This document shows, in pieces, positions 17,386 through 26,799 of a stretch of 64,000 bases of DNA; position 1 is the first letter of the stretch, and every line of letters begins with the position of its first letter. Below the pieces are notes generated by a model. That model saw nothing but the letters and a program-made list of their open reading frames with translations. It had not been told where the DNA came from and searched no databases. Origin of the DNA: Actinomycetota bacterium (GTDB lineage: Bacteria; Actinomycetota; UBA4738; HRBIN12); the NCBI GenBank assembly GCA_036556805.1, contig DATBIS010000026.1, positions 31,382-95,381 on the forward strand. Reading direction: 5' to 3'. A program made the position numbers and the translations under genes.

Positions 17386-19037
17386 GATTCGCGCATCGGG
17401 ATGCGGACGCCCCGTTCGTCGGCGACCTCGATCGCGCGCTCGTAGCCGGCATCCACGTGGCGGACGACGCCCATCCCGGGATCGGTCGTGAGCACCCGCT
17501 CGAGCCGGCCGGCAGCCTCCTCGCTGCCGTCGGCCACGACGACCATGCCCGCGTGGATCGAGTAGCCGATGCCCACGCCGCCACCGTGGTGCACGCTCAC
17601 CCAGTGCGCGCCGGCGGCCGTGTTCACGAGCGCGTTGAGGATCGGCCAGTCCGCGATCGCGTCGGACCCGTCCTTCATCGCCTCGGTCTCGCGGAACGGG
17701 CTCGCGACGCTACCGCTGTCGAGGTGGTCGCGGCCGATGACGATCGGGGCCGCGAGCTCGCCGCTCGCGACCATCTCGTTGAACCTCGCGCCGGCGAGGG
17801 CTCGCTCGCCGTACCCGAGCCAGCAGATCCGCGCGGGCAGCCCCTGGAACGAGACCCGCTCCCCGGCCATCCGCAGCCATCGCGCGAGCCGCTCGTTGTC
17901 GGGGAAGAGCTCGGCGACCGCCCTGTCGGTCTTCTCGATGTCTTCGGGATCGCCGGAGAGCGCCGCCCACCGGAACGGGCCCTTCCCCTCGCAGAAGAGC
18001 GGCCGAACGAACGCCGGCACGAACCCCGGATACGAGTACGCGCGTTCGCGATCGAGCCCGCCGAGCTCGGCCCCCGCACGGAGGTTGTTGCCGTAGTCGA
18101 ACGTGACGGCGCCGGCTTCCTGGAACGCCACCATCGCGCCGACGTGCTCGGCCATCGACGCGTACGCGCGGCGTTCGTACTCGCCGGGGTCGTCACCGCG
18201 CAGCCTCGCGGCTGCCTCCAGTGACAGTCCCGCCGGGACATAGCCCCCGAGTGGGTCGTGCGCGCTCGTCTGGTCGGTGACGACGTCGGGACGGAAGCCC
18301 CGGCGCAACAGCTCGGGCTCCACCTCGGCGCAGTTGCCCACGAGGCCGATCGAGAGCGGCTCACCCGCGGAACGCGCCTCCTCCGCCCACGCGAGCGCCC
18401 GGTCGACGGAGTCGGTCTCGCGATCGAGGTAGTTGGTCTTGATGCGACGCTCGATCCGTGCCGGGTCGACGTCGATGCAGAGCGCGACGCCGTCGTTCAT
18501 CGTCACGGCGAGGGGTTGCGCGCCGCCCATGCCGCCGAGCCCTCCGGTGAGCGTGACCGTCCCGCGGAGCGTCCCACCGAAATGCTGTGCGGCGCACTCG
18601 GCGAGCGTCTCGTACGTGCCCTGCAGGATGCCCTGCGTGCCGATGTAGATCCATGAGCCCGCCGTCATCTGGCCGTACATCGTGAGACCGGCGTGCTCGA
18701 GCTCGCGGAACGTGTCCCAATCGGCCCACTTCGGGACCAGCATCGAGTTCGAGATCAGCACGCGCGGCGCCAGCTCGTGCGTTCGGAACACCGCGACGGG
18801 CTTCCCCGACTGCACCAGCAGCGTCTCGTCGTCCTTCAGGGAACGGAGGCTCGCAACGATCGCGTCGAAGGCCTCCCACGAGCGAGCGGCCCGGCCGGTC
18901 CCGCCGTACACGACGAGATCCTCGGGCCGTTCGGCGACCTCGGGGTCGAGGTTGTTCATCAGCATCCGCATCGCGGCCTCTTGCGGCCAGCCCAGGCACG
19001 AACGTTCCGCGCCACGAGGTGCTCGGATCTCTCTCAT
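17382..19037 (-). CDS. hutU: Urocanate hydratase
   Basis: ORF 17382..19037. Full-length urocanase-like sequence ([41 protein letters not shown]). Confidence 0.95.
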   Translation of the reverse strand: MREIRAPRGAERSCLGWPQEAAMRMLMNNLDPEVAERPEDLVVYGGTGRAARSWEAFDAIVASLRSLKDDETLLVQSGKPVAVFRTHELAPRVLISNSMLVPKWADWDTFRELEHAGLTMYGQMTAGSWIYIGTQGILQGTYETLAECAAQHFGGTLRGTVTLTGGLGGMGGAQPLAVTMNDGVALCIDVDPARIERRIKTNYLDRETDSVDRALAWAEEARSAGEPLSIGLVGNCAEVEPELLRRGFRPDVVTDQTSAHDPLGGYVPAGLSLEAAARLRGDDPGEYERRAYASMAEHVGAMVAFQEAGAVTFDYGNNLRAGAELGGLDRERAYSYPGFVPAFVRPLFCEGKGPFRWAALSGDPEDIEKTDRAVAELFPDNERLARWLRMAGERVSFQGLPARICWLGYGERALAGARFNEMVASGELAAPIVIGRDHLDSGSVASPFRETEAMKDGSDAIADWPILNALVNTAAGAHWVSVHHGGGVGIGYSIHAGMVVVADGSEEAAGRLERVLTTDPGMGVVRHVDAGYERAIEVADERGVRIPMRES

Positions 19038-19096
19038 TGGTCAATCTCCTCGTCGACGCGGCCGATGATACGCCCAGGCACGCGAAGGGACGCCGG

Positions 19097-20320
19097 ATGA
19101 TTGATCGAGGGCTCGGCCACGGATACGGTTCGGCCGCCGTGACGGAGGGGGGGCTCCAGCTGAGCATTCGCGTGCTGATCGCCGACGACGAACCCGAGCT
19201 TCGCGTCGCGCTCGCGGAGCTCCTCTCACACGAAGACGGCCTGGAGCTGGTGGGTTCCGCCGGCGACGCGGAGGAGGCGATCGTGCTCGCCACGGAATGC
19301 CGGCCGCACGTCGCGCTCGTCGACGTGAAGATGCCGGCCGGCGGGGGACCGCGCGCCGCGCGCGGGATCCTTCGGGCCTCGCCCGAGACGCGCGTGATCG
19401 CGCTCTCCGCGTTCGAGGACCGGCAGACCGTGCTGGAGATGATCCGCGCCGGCGCCGTCGGCTACCTCGCGAAGGGCACGGCGGGCGAGATCATCGTGCA
19501 CTCGATCGCGCAAGTCGCGCGGGGCGGCACGAGCCTGTCGGCCGGCGCGATGGACGACGTCGTGCGGGAGCTCTCCTCGCAGCTGCGCCGCGAGGAGATC
19601 GAGCTGGAGGGGCGCGTCGCGCGCGTCGAGCGCATCCGGCGGTTCGCGTCCGGCCGCGGCCTGAGCATCGTGTTCCAGCCGATCCTCGACCTTCGCACGC
19701 GCGCGCTGGTGGGCATGGAGGCGCTCGCGCGGTTCGACGCGCTGCTGCACAGGCGGCCCGACGAGTGGTTCGCCGAGGCGCACGAGCTCGAGCTCGGCGT
19801 GGAGCTGGAGCTCGCGGCGCTCCGCAAGGCCGTCGCGGCGCTCCCCCGGATGCCGGAGCTCCTCGACGGTCCCTATCTTTCGGTGAACTGCTCCCATCGA
19901 GCGGCGATGAGCGAGGACGTGGCGCTGTTGCTCGCGCCGCACGCCGCGCGCGTGGTCGTCGAGATCACCGAGCACGAACGCGTGGAGGACTACGCGCTGC
20001 TCGCGCAGGCGCTCGAGCGCCTGCGGTCCGAGGGCGCGCGCATCGCGATCGACGACGCCGGCGCCGGGTTCGCGAGCCTGCGCCATACCCTGCAGATCGC
20101 GCCGGACATGGTGAAGGTCGACATCAGCCTCACGCGCGACATCGACAAGGACCGGGCGAAGCGAGCGCTCGCGTCCGCGCTCATCTCGTTCGCCGACGAG
20201 ATGGGCATGCAGATCATCGCGGAGGGCATCGAAACCAAGGCCGAGCTCGACACGCTCATGGAGCTGGGGGTGGCGTTCGGCCAGGGCTTCTACCTCGCGA
20301 AGCCCGCGCCGCTCGACTGA
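19097..20320 (+). CDS. Response regulator (REC) fused to an EAL c-di-GMP phosphodiesterase domain
   Basis: In frame with ORF 19019..20320; ATG at 19097. REC: RVLIADDEPELR, acceptor Asp in VALVDVKMP. EAL: MEALAR, EITE, DDAGAGFASL, KVDISL, AEGIET, GQGFYL. Confidence 0.85.
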   Translation: MIDRGLGHGYGSAAVTEGGLQLSIRVLIADDEPELRVALAELLSHEDGLELVGSAGDAEEAIVLATECRPHVALVDVKMPAGGGPRAARGILRASPETRVIALSAFEDRQTVLEMIRAGAVGYLAKGTAGEIIVHSIAQVARGGTSLSAGAMDDVVRELSSQLRREEIELEGRVARVERIRRFASGRGLSIVFQPILDLRTRALVGMEALARFDALLHRRPDEWFAEAHELELGVELELAALRKAVAALPRMPELLDGPYLSVNCSHRAAMSEDVALLLAPHAARVVVEITEHERVEDYALLAQALERLRSEGARIAIDDAGAGFASLRHTLQIAPDMVKVDISLTRDIDKDRAKRALASALISFADEMGMQIIAEGIETKAELDTLMELGVAFGQGFYLAKPAPLD

Positions 20321-20321
20321 G

Positions 20322-21290
20322 CTACGAGGTTCGCCGGTCCACGGCGAACGACGACCCGGGCGTGGTCTTCGTGAAGGCCTTCATCTCCGTTGCGATCGCC
20401 ACGGCCTCCGCGTAGTGCGCGTACGTCCGCCGTTCGGTCGTCGCGATGCCGATCGAGATCGCGAGCAGCGGGAACTCCTGGAGCTCGCCGCGGCGGTTCG
20501 TGACCTCGAGGTGACCGCGGTCGCGGTCCTCGTCGTCGTAGAGGTCCCCCGCTTCCCGGTCGAAGCGGTTCACGATCGCCTGCGCGACGCGCTCGGCGAG
20601 CGCGGGCGCCGTCACGACCACGAAGTCGTCGCCGCCGACATGGCCGACGAACGCCTCGCCCTCGGCGACCTCCCGCGCGACCTCCTCGATGAGCCGCGCG
20701 GTGAACTGGATGACCTGGTCCCCCCGCATGAACCCGTAGTGATCGTTGTAGGCCTTGAAGTGGTCGAGGTCGGCGTACAGGATCGCGAACTCGGCCTTGC
20801 GCGCCACGCGGCCCTCGATCTCCTCCTCGATGCGCACGTTGCCGGGAAGCCCCGTGAGCGGGGACTGCGCCCGCATCTCCCGCGCGCGACGAAGCACGCC
20901 GCGGATGCGCGCGAGCAGCTCGGGGGTGTCGAACGGCTTCACGATGTAGTCGTCCGCCCCGATCGCGAAGCCCTCGAGCTTGTCCGCCGACAGGCCGCGC
21001 GCGGTGAGCATGATGATCGACACGGCGGCCGTGCGAGGGTCCTGGCGCAACCGGCGCGCGAGCTCGAACCCGTCCATGTTCGGCATCATCACGTCGGCGA
21101 GCACGAGGTCGGGGCTCCGCTCCTGCGCGAGTCCCAGCGCCGTCATGCCGTCGTTCGCCACCCTGACGTCGTAGCCGGCAGCCTTGAGCTCGATCTCCAG
21201 CAGGCGCGCGATGAACGGGTCGTCGTCGACGACGAGCACGGCTTCGCCGGCCATCGAGCCGTGGTCGTCGACGTAGTCGGAGCCGCCCAT
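20322..21290 (-). CDS. Response regulator (REC) fused to a GGDEF-type diguanylate cyclase domain (motif variant GGDDF)
   Basis: C-terminal 322 aa of ORF 20322..21674; ATG at 21290 (or 21254). REC: VLVVDDDPFIARLL, VLADVMMPNMDG, DDYIVKPF. GGDEF domain: YADLDHFKAYNDHYGFMRGD, GHVGGDDFVVV. No RxxD I-site seen upstream of the motif. Confidence 0.85.
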   Translation of the reverse strand: MGGSDYVDDHGSMAGEAVLVVDDDPFIARLLEIELKAAGYDVRVANDGMTALGLAQERSPDLVLADVMMPNMDGFELARRLRQDPRTAAVSIIMLTARGLSADKLEGFAIGADDYIVKPFDTPELLARIRGVLRRAREMRAQSPLTGLPGNVRIEEEIEGRVARKAEFAILYADLDHFKAYNDHYGFMRGDQVIQFTARLIEEVAREVAEGEAFVGHVGGDDFVVVTAPALAERVAQAIVNRFDREAGDLYDDEDRDRGHLEVTNRRGELQEFPLLAISIGIATTERRTYAHYAEAVAIATEMKAFTKTTPGSSFAVDRRTS

Positions 21291-21443
21291 GTCCCCCTCG
21301 AGCGCCCACCGAGGGCCGCCCGTCCTGGGCCGGAGCTTACTCCGGCAGGCGGCGCGAGCTTCGCAGGCCGAGGGTCGTTTCCGCAGGTCGGATGTCTCTC
21401 CACCGTGGCACGATATGGCTCCGCGACTTCGAAGGAGACGCCG

Positions 21444-22817
21444 ATGCAGGTGCTCGAGACGTTCCTGGACGCCATGGGCAACACGCCCCTCGTCCGGCTC
21501 CGCAACGTCACGCGAGGCGTCCGCCCGACGGTGCTCGCGAAGCTCGAGATGCTCAACCCCGGCGGGTCGGTGAAGGATCGCATCGCGCTCCCGATGATCG
21601 AGGCGGCCGAGCGAGACGGCCGGCTGAAGCCCGGCGGCACGATCGTCGAGCCGACCTCCGGCAACACGGGCCACGGCCTCGCGATCGCAGCGGCGATCCG
21701 CGGCTACAAGTGCATCTTCGTGATGCCAGACAAGATGAGCCAGGAGAAGGTCGCGCTCCTTCGCGCGTACGGCGCGGAGGTCGTCATCACGCCCACCGCG
21801 GTGCCGCCCGAGTCACCCGAGAGCTACTACCGCGTCGCCGACCGCCTCACCGAGGAGATCCCCGGCGCCTTCCAGCCGAACCAGTACTTCAACCAGGAGA
21901 ACCCGAACGCGCACTACGCGACGACCGGCCCGGAGATCTGGGAACAGACCGAGGGGCGCATCGACGTGCTCGTGGTCGGGGTGGGCACCGGCGGGACGAT
22001 CACTGGGACGGCGCGGTATCTGAAGGAGCAGAAGCCCGAGGTCCTCGTCGTGGGCGCCGACCCGGAGGGCTCGCTGTACTCCGGCGACGAGGTGAGGCCG
22101 TATCTCACCGAGGGCATCGGCGAGGACTTCTGGCCGGCGACGTTCGACCCCTCGGTGGTCGACCGCTACGTACGGGTGTCCGACCGCGACGCGTTCCGCA
22201 CCGCGCGCGCGGTGACACGGCAGGAGGGCATCCTCGTCGGCGGCTCGTCCGGCACGGCCGTGTTCGCGGCGCTCGAGATCGCGCGCGAGCACGACGAGCG
22301 CACGACGATCGTCGTGGTGCTGCCCGACACCGGCCGGAACTACCTCTCGAAGGTGTACTCGGACTCGTGGCTCCTGCAGTACGGGCTGCTCGAGCAGCGC
22401 GAGACGATCCGCGTGGAGGACGTGCTGATGGCGAGGAGCGGGCCGATCCCGCCGCTCGTCACGGTTCCGGCGCAGGGAAAGGTGCGCCAGGCGATCGACC
22501 GGCTGCAGGAGTTCGGCATCTCGCAGGCGCCGGTCACGCGCGACGCCTCGACGGACGTGTCGCATTTCGTGGGATCGATCCGCGAGCGGGAGCTCCTCGA
22601 TCGCATCTTCCGCGATCCCGACGCGCTGCAGGCCGACGTCTCCGAGGTGATGGGCCCGCCGATTCCGATGGTCGAGTTCGACGATCCGATCGAGACGGCG
22701 TTCGCCGAGCTGCAGCGCGACCCGGCGGTGCTGGTGACGAAGGCCGGCCAGGCCCTCGGCGTCGTGACGCGGAGCGACCTGCTCGAGTTCCTCGCCCACC
22801 GCCGGCAGACGCCCTGA
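21444..22817 (+). CDS. Cystathionine beta-synthase (PLP fold II plus tandem CBS domains)
   Basis: In frame with ORF 20415..22817; ATG at 21444 preceded by GAAGGAG. NPGGSVKDRIA (PLP Lys), SGNTGHGLA, GGSSG. The C-terminal 130 aa look like a CBS-pair regulatory domain. Confidence 0.9.
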   Translation: MQVLETFLDAMGNTPLVRLRNVTRGVRPTVLAKLEMLNPGGSVKDRIALPMIEAAERDGRLKPGGTIVEPTSGNTGHGLAIAAAIRGYKCIFVMPDKMSQEKVALLRAYGAEVVITPTAVPPESPESYYRVADRLTEEIPGAFQPNQYFNQENPNAHYATTGPEIWEQTEGRIDVLVVGVGTGGTITGTARYLKEQKPEVLVVGADPEGSLYSGDEVRPYLTEGIGEDFWPATFDPSVVDRYVRVSDRDAFRTARAVTRQEGILVGGSSGTAVFAALEIAREHDERTTIVVVLPDTGRNYLSKVYSDSWLLQYGLLEQRETIRVEDVLMARSGPIPPLVTVPAQGKVRQAIDRLQEFGISQAPVTRDASTDVSHFVGSIRERELLDRIFRDPDALQADVSEVMGPPIPMVEFDDPIETAFAELQRDPAVLVTKAGQALGVVTRSDLLEFLAHRRQTP

Positions 22818-22820
22818 CGC

Positions 22821-23657
22821 GTGCTCGCCCTCGGGATCGACGTCGGGGTCGGCAAGGGGCTGGACCTCGTCCTGATGGACGAGCGTCGCGTGCCGCTCCG
22901 CGTCGTGTCGCGCGTGGGCATCGGCCGCCTCGGGACACTGCTCGACGAGCTGCGGCCGGAGGTCATCGCGATCGACGCCCCGCCTGGGTGGGCGACGAAC
23001 GGGCGATCGCGCCGCACGGAGCGCGAGCTCGCGCAGTTCAACCTCCGCGCGTTCAACACGCCCGCCGACGGGCGAGGCAACGCGTTCTACGACTGGATGC
23101 AGGTCGGGTTCCGCGCGTTCCGGATCGCCGCGAAGGCCGGCTTCCCGCGGTACGGGGCGGGGAACCCGCGCGGCACGGCGATGGAGGTCTTTCCCCACGC
23201 GAGCGCCGCGACGCTCGCGGGCTGCCTCCCGCGCAAGGGCATGCGGAAGAAGGCCTGGCGCGAGACGGTGCTGCGCGCCCAGGGCGTCTGGACCGACGAG
23301 CTCACCACCGCCGACCGGATCGATGCGGCGCTCGCCGCGCTCACGGGCGTGCTCGCGCTGCAGGGCAAGCACTTCGCGCCCGGCGATCCGCGCGAGGGCG
23401 TGATCGTGCTGCCGGTGACCACGCTGCCAGCCCGCCCGTTCCGCCCATGCCCCGACGAGGGCGACGGCGCCCCGCCGCCGCTCTTCACCTACTGCCGGTG
23501 CGGTGACCCGACGTGCGCGGAGCTCACCCGCGCGGAGTTCGCCCCCGGTCACGACGCGAAGCGGAAGTCCATGCTGTGGCAACGCGCCCGAGACGGGCAG
23601 GACGCGACCGACGAGCTCAGGAGACGAGGATGGGAGATCCCACCGGAGATGCGATGA
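22821..23657 (+). CDS. DUF429-like (RNase H-fold) protein with Cys/His-rich C-terminal tail
   Basis: ORF 22821..23657 (GTG, 3 nt after the CBS stop). N-terminus VLALGIDVGVGKGLDLVLMD...VIAIDAPPGW resembles DUF429. Tail: YCRCGDPTCAELTRAEFAPGHDAKRK. Its stop overlaps the next start (ATGA). Confidence 0.65.
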   Translation: MLALGIDVGVGKGLDLVLMDERRVPLRVVSRVGIGRLGTLLDELRPEVIAIDAPPGWATNGRSRRTERELAQFNLRAFNTPADGRGNAFYDWMQVGFRAFRIAAKAGFPRYGAGNPRGTAMEVFPHASAATLAGCLPRKGMRKKAWRETVLRAQGVWTDELTTADRIDAALAALTGVLALQGKHFAPGDPREGVIVLPVTTLPARPFRPCPDEGDGAPPPLFTYCRCGDPTCAELTRAEFAPGHDAKRKSMLWQRARDGQDATDELRRRGWEIPPEMR

Positions 23658-24778
23658 GGTTCGAGACGCGCGCGATCCACGCGGGGCAGGACCCCGAGGC
23701 GCTCTACGGAGCGGTGAGCGTGCCGATCTACCAGAACTCGACGTACGCGCAAGAGGAAGTCGGGAAGTTCAAGGTCTGGGACTACGGGCGCGGTGGCAAC
23801 CCAACCCGCGCCGCGTTCCAGACGGCGCTCGCGGCCCTCGAGGGCGGCGCGCGCGGGTTCGCGTTCGGCAGCGGGCTCGGGGCCGAGACCACGCTCCTCC
23901 TCACCTTGCAGCCGGGCGACCGAGTCGTGCTCGGCGACGACGTGTACGGCGGCACGTACCGGCTGCTCACGAAGGTGCTGGCGCCATGGGGCCTCGAGGC
24001 CGTGACCGTCGATCTCACGGATCCGAACGCGCTTCGTCGGGCACTCACGCCCGCCGCGAAGATCCTGTGGGTCGAGACCCCGTCGAACCCGATGCTGAAG
24101 ATCGTCGACCTCGCGGGGGTGTCGGCGATCGCACACGAGGCCGGCGTGCGCGTCGTGGTCGACAACACCTTCGCGACGCCCGCCCTGCAACGGCCCTTGG
24201 AGCTCGGGGCCGACGCGGTCGTGCACAGCGTCACGAAGTACATCGGCGGGCACTCCGACCTCGTGGGCGGCGCGATCGTCACGAGCGACGCCGAGTGGGG
24301 TGAGCGGCTCGAGTTCCTCACGAACGCGGTCGGCGCGGTGCCGGGGCCGATGGACTGCTACCTCGCGCTCCGCGGGCTCAAGACGCTCTCGGTACGGATG
24401 CGCGCGCATTGCGACGGCGCGCGCGCGGTGGCCGCGTTCCTTCGCGTGCACCCGCGTGTGGAGAGGGTGCACTATCCCGGGCTTCCCGACCATCCGGGCC
24501 ACGAGCTCGCCGCCGCGCAGATGAGCGACTTCGGCGGGATGGTCTCCTTCGAGATGCCGACCGCCGACGAGGCGCTCGACGTCGCGCGGAAGACCGAGGT
24601 GTTCTTCCTCGCCGAGTCGCTCGGGGCCGTGGAGTCGCTCATCGAGGTGCCGGGCCCGATGACGCACGCGAGCGTTGCCGACTCGCCGCTCGAGGTACCC
24701 CCGAACCTCGTTCGGCTCTCGGTGGGCATCGAGCACCCCGACGACCTCGTCGCCGACCTCGAGCGCGCGCTCGGCTGA
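23654..24778 (+). CDS. Cystathionine gamma-lyase / gamma-synthase family (Cys/Met PLP enzyme)
   Basis: In frame with ORF 23513..24778. Start at the ATG at 23654 (MRFETRAIHAG), or at 23630. PLP Lys in HSVTKYIGGHSD. Also YGRGGNPTR and ESLGAVESL. Confidence 0.88.
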   Translation: MRFETRAIHAGQDPEALYGAVSVPIYQNSTYAQEEVGKFKVWDYGRGGNPTRAAFQTALAALEGGARGFAFGSGLGAETTLLLTLQPGDRVVLGDDVYGGTYRLLTKVLAPWGLEAVTVDLTDPNALRRALTPAAKILWVETPSNPMLKIVDLAGVSAIAHEAGVRVVVDNTFATPALQRPLELGADAVVHSVTKYIGGHSDLVGGAIVTSDAEWGERLEFLTNAVGAVPGPMDCYLALRGLKTLSVRMRAHCDGARAVAAFLRVHPRVERVHYPGLPDHPGHELAAAQMSDFGGMVSFEMPTADEALDVARKTEVFFLAESLGAVESLIEVPGPMTHASVADSPLEVPPNLVRLSVGIEHPDDLVADLERALG

Positions 24779-24781
24779 GCC

Positions 24782-25405
24782 CTAGGTCAGCACCAGCTCG
24801 GTGCTGTCGGCGGTGGCGACCGCCACCGCGCGCACGCGGGGCTCGCCCTCGACCACGCGGAGCGGCACGTCGACGCCGCCGAGCCAGCCCGCAAGCCTCG
24901 CGGGGTCGCCCGCGACCTCGACCCAGGCCACGCCCGTCGGCGTCGTCCGGTGGGCGGCGGTCGCGCGGCCGGGATGGAGCTCCGGCGGCACGTCCCACTC
25001 GATGAAGAACGGGAGCGAGGGATCGCGCTTCGGGTCGTCGAGCCCAGCGCTCCGCCAGCGCACCTCGGTCCCATTGGGCCTCACGCGCGAGCCTGCCGAG
25101 ATCTCGAGCCCGAGCCTCGCGGCCGTCGCGTCGAGCTGCTCGTCGGCGAGGCACACGACGAACCAGTGCTCGCCCGCCGCGACGTGGCGCAGCATCGCGC
25201 GCCCGAAGTCGGATCGCTCGGCGGTCGTGCGGTCGACGACCGAGAGCAGCTCGAGGTAGTCGTTCCCGAGCGGGATGACGCGGTTCGCCGTGCCCCACCC
25301 CGGATGGTGGCCTCCGGCGACCGACGCGAGCCCGGAGTTCGCGAGGACCCGCGCGGCGGCCTCGTCGAGGTCGGGAACCACGCGCACGACGTGGTCGATG
25401 TGCAT
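24782..25405 (-). CDS. VOC/glyoxalase-like domain protein
   Basis: ORF 24782..25438. Start chosen at the ATG at 25405 (MHIDHVVRVVPDLDEA); 25438 is also possible. Glyoxalase-like pattern IPLGNDYLELLSVVD. Confidence 0.65.
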   Translation of the reverse strand: MHIDHVVRVVPDLDEAAARVLANSGLASVAGGHHPGWGTANRVIPLGNDYLELLSVVDRTTAERSDFGRAMLRHVAAGEHWFVVCLADEQLDATAARLGLEISAGSRVRPNGTEVRWRSAGLDDPKRDPSLPFFIEWDVPPELHPGRATAAHRTTPTGVAWVEVAGDPARLAGWLGGVDVPLRVVEGEPRVRAVAVATADSTELVLT

Positions 25406-25497
25406 CCGGGAGGATCCCTCGGTGGTCGACTTCAGCATGGCCGGGACCCTACGGGTGGCGGAACCGGTGGGTCAACGGTGGTGTGTAGAGTCGCGAG

Positions 25498-26637
25498 ATG
25501 GCCCGCCTGGCGCTCGTTGCGCTCGTCCTGTTCACGTTCACCGCGAACCCGGCGTCGGCTGCCGGCGACCTCGGTACCCCCGAGCCCTGGCTCACCGGCG
25601 TCCGGTTCCCGTCGAACATGGCCTGGTCGCCGGACGGCCGCCTCTTCTACAACGAGAAGGACACCGGCAACGTGCGCGTCGTGCAGGACGGGAAGCTGCT
25701 GCCGGAACCGTTCCTGCACCTCGACGTCCAGTCGGGCGGCGAGATGGGGCTCCTCGGGCTCGCCCTCCACCCCGACTTCCCCCAGCAACCGTGGGTGTAC
25801 GTGTACTTCTCGAGCGCGGCCGATCAGCGCAACGAGGTCGCGCGGTTCCGCGCCGACGGCAACGTCGCGACGGAGATGCAGTTCATGATCGACGGGCTCG
25901 AGCTGCGCGGCATCCACAACGGCGGCGATCTCGCGTTCGGCGCGGACGGCACGCTGTTCATCACCGTCGGCGAGGCGGCGCAGCCCGAACGCGCGCAGAA
26001 CGCGAACGACCTCGGCGGCAAGGTGCTGCGGCTGAACGCGGACGGGACGATCCCCGTCGACAATCCGTTCGGGGACAACCCGGTGTACTCGTTCGGCCAT
26101 CGCAACTCGTTCGGCATCTGCGTCGATCCGTCCACCGGCGACGTCTGGGAAACGGAGAACGGCCCGACGAGCGACGACGAGGTGAACCGCATCGTCCCCG
26201 GCGCGAACTACGGCTGGCCGCTGCACCTCGGCGCGAACGGCCCGGCGGGCTTCGTCGATCCCGTGCTCGACTTCCCCACCGTGATCGTTCCCACCGGCTG
26301 CGCCGTGTGGAACGGCGCGCTGTACTTCGGGGCGTACAGCGGGGCCGTTCGCAGGATGGAGCTGCCGCCCGGCGACCCGGCTCGCGACGAGGAGGTCGCC
26401 GACGTCGGGTCGGGCATCACCGACCTCGAGGTCGGCCCCGACGGCGCGCTGTACGTCGCGACCGTCGACACGATCTACCGGATCGCCGGCCCGGCCGGGA
26501 GCGAGACGCCCGGGCCCACGATCCCGGCGCCGGTAGACGGCGGCGGGACCTCGCCGATCCTGTGGGTCGCGCTCGGCGTGGTGGCGGCGGTCCTGGTGGG
26601 TCTCGCCGCCGCGCGCGCCGCGCGGCGGCGACGCTAA
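25498..26637 (+). CDS. PQQ-dependent sugar (glucose/sorbosone) dehydrogenase-like beta-propeller, secreted and membrane-anchored
   Basis: ORF 25498..26637. Signal peptide MARLALVALVLFTFTANPASA. Motifs GLLGLALHPDF, HNGGDLAFG, GHRNSFG, NYGWP. C-terminal TM helix plus RRRR. Confidence 0.8.
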   Translation: MARLALVALVLFTFTANPASAAGDLGTPEPWLTGVRFPSNMAWSPDGRLFYNEKDTGNVRVVQDGKLLPEPFLHLDVQSGGEMGLLGLALHPDFPQQPWVYVYFSSAADQRNEVARFRADGNVATEMQFMIDGLELRGIHNGGDLAFGADGTLFITVGEAAQPERAQNANDLGGKVLRLNADGTIPVDNPFGDNPVYSFGHRNSFGICVDPSTGDVWETENGPTSDDEVNRIVPGANYGWPLHLGANGPAGFVDPVLDFPTVIVPTGCAVWNGALYFGAYSGAVRRMELPPGDPARDEEVADVGSGITDLEVGPDGALYVATVDTIYRIAGPAGSETPGPTIPAPVDGGGTSPILWVALGVVAAVLVGLAAARAARRRR

Positions 26638-26798
26638 CCCTTCGGCCGCATCAGGTACGCGATCGTGGAGGTCCCACCCGCGGGCGTCTGCTGCTGCGTG
26701 ATCGAAACGAGCTGCCAACCGTCCTCGCCGAACGCGTTCAGGATCTCGCCGGGGTTGTGCTCGAGCAACGGTGCCACGAAGTACTCCCATTGCTGCAT
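26634..26798 (-). CDS. Small DUF4177-like protein (54 aa; below ORF-track cutoff)
   Basis: My translation: MQQWEYFVAPLLEHNPGEILNAFGEDGWQLVSITQQQTPAGGTSTIAYLMRPKG. The WEY...LN.xGxxGWxLVS pattern is typical of DUF4177. The ATG is 1 nt after the upstream stop, with GAGGAGGA just before it. Its stop overlaps the stop of the convergent dehydrogenase gene. Confidence 0.5.
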   Translation of the reverse strand: MQQWEYFVAPLLEHNPGEILNAFGEDGWQLVSITQQQTPAGGTSTIAYLMRPKG

Positions 26799-26799
26799 C

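Noticed and set aside
21291-21443. Possible SAM or other riboswitch upstream of the CBS/transsulfuration operon.
   Set aside because: The 153-nt gap contains only a short CCGGAG-CTTA-CTCCGG hairpin. I could not find the conserved blocks of the SAM-I, SAM-II or SAM-IV classes by eye. It is treated as a plain divergent promoter region. An Rfam scan would settle it.
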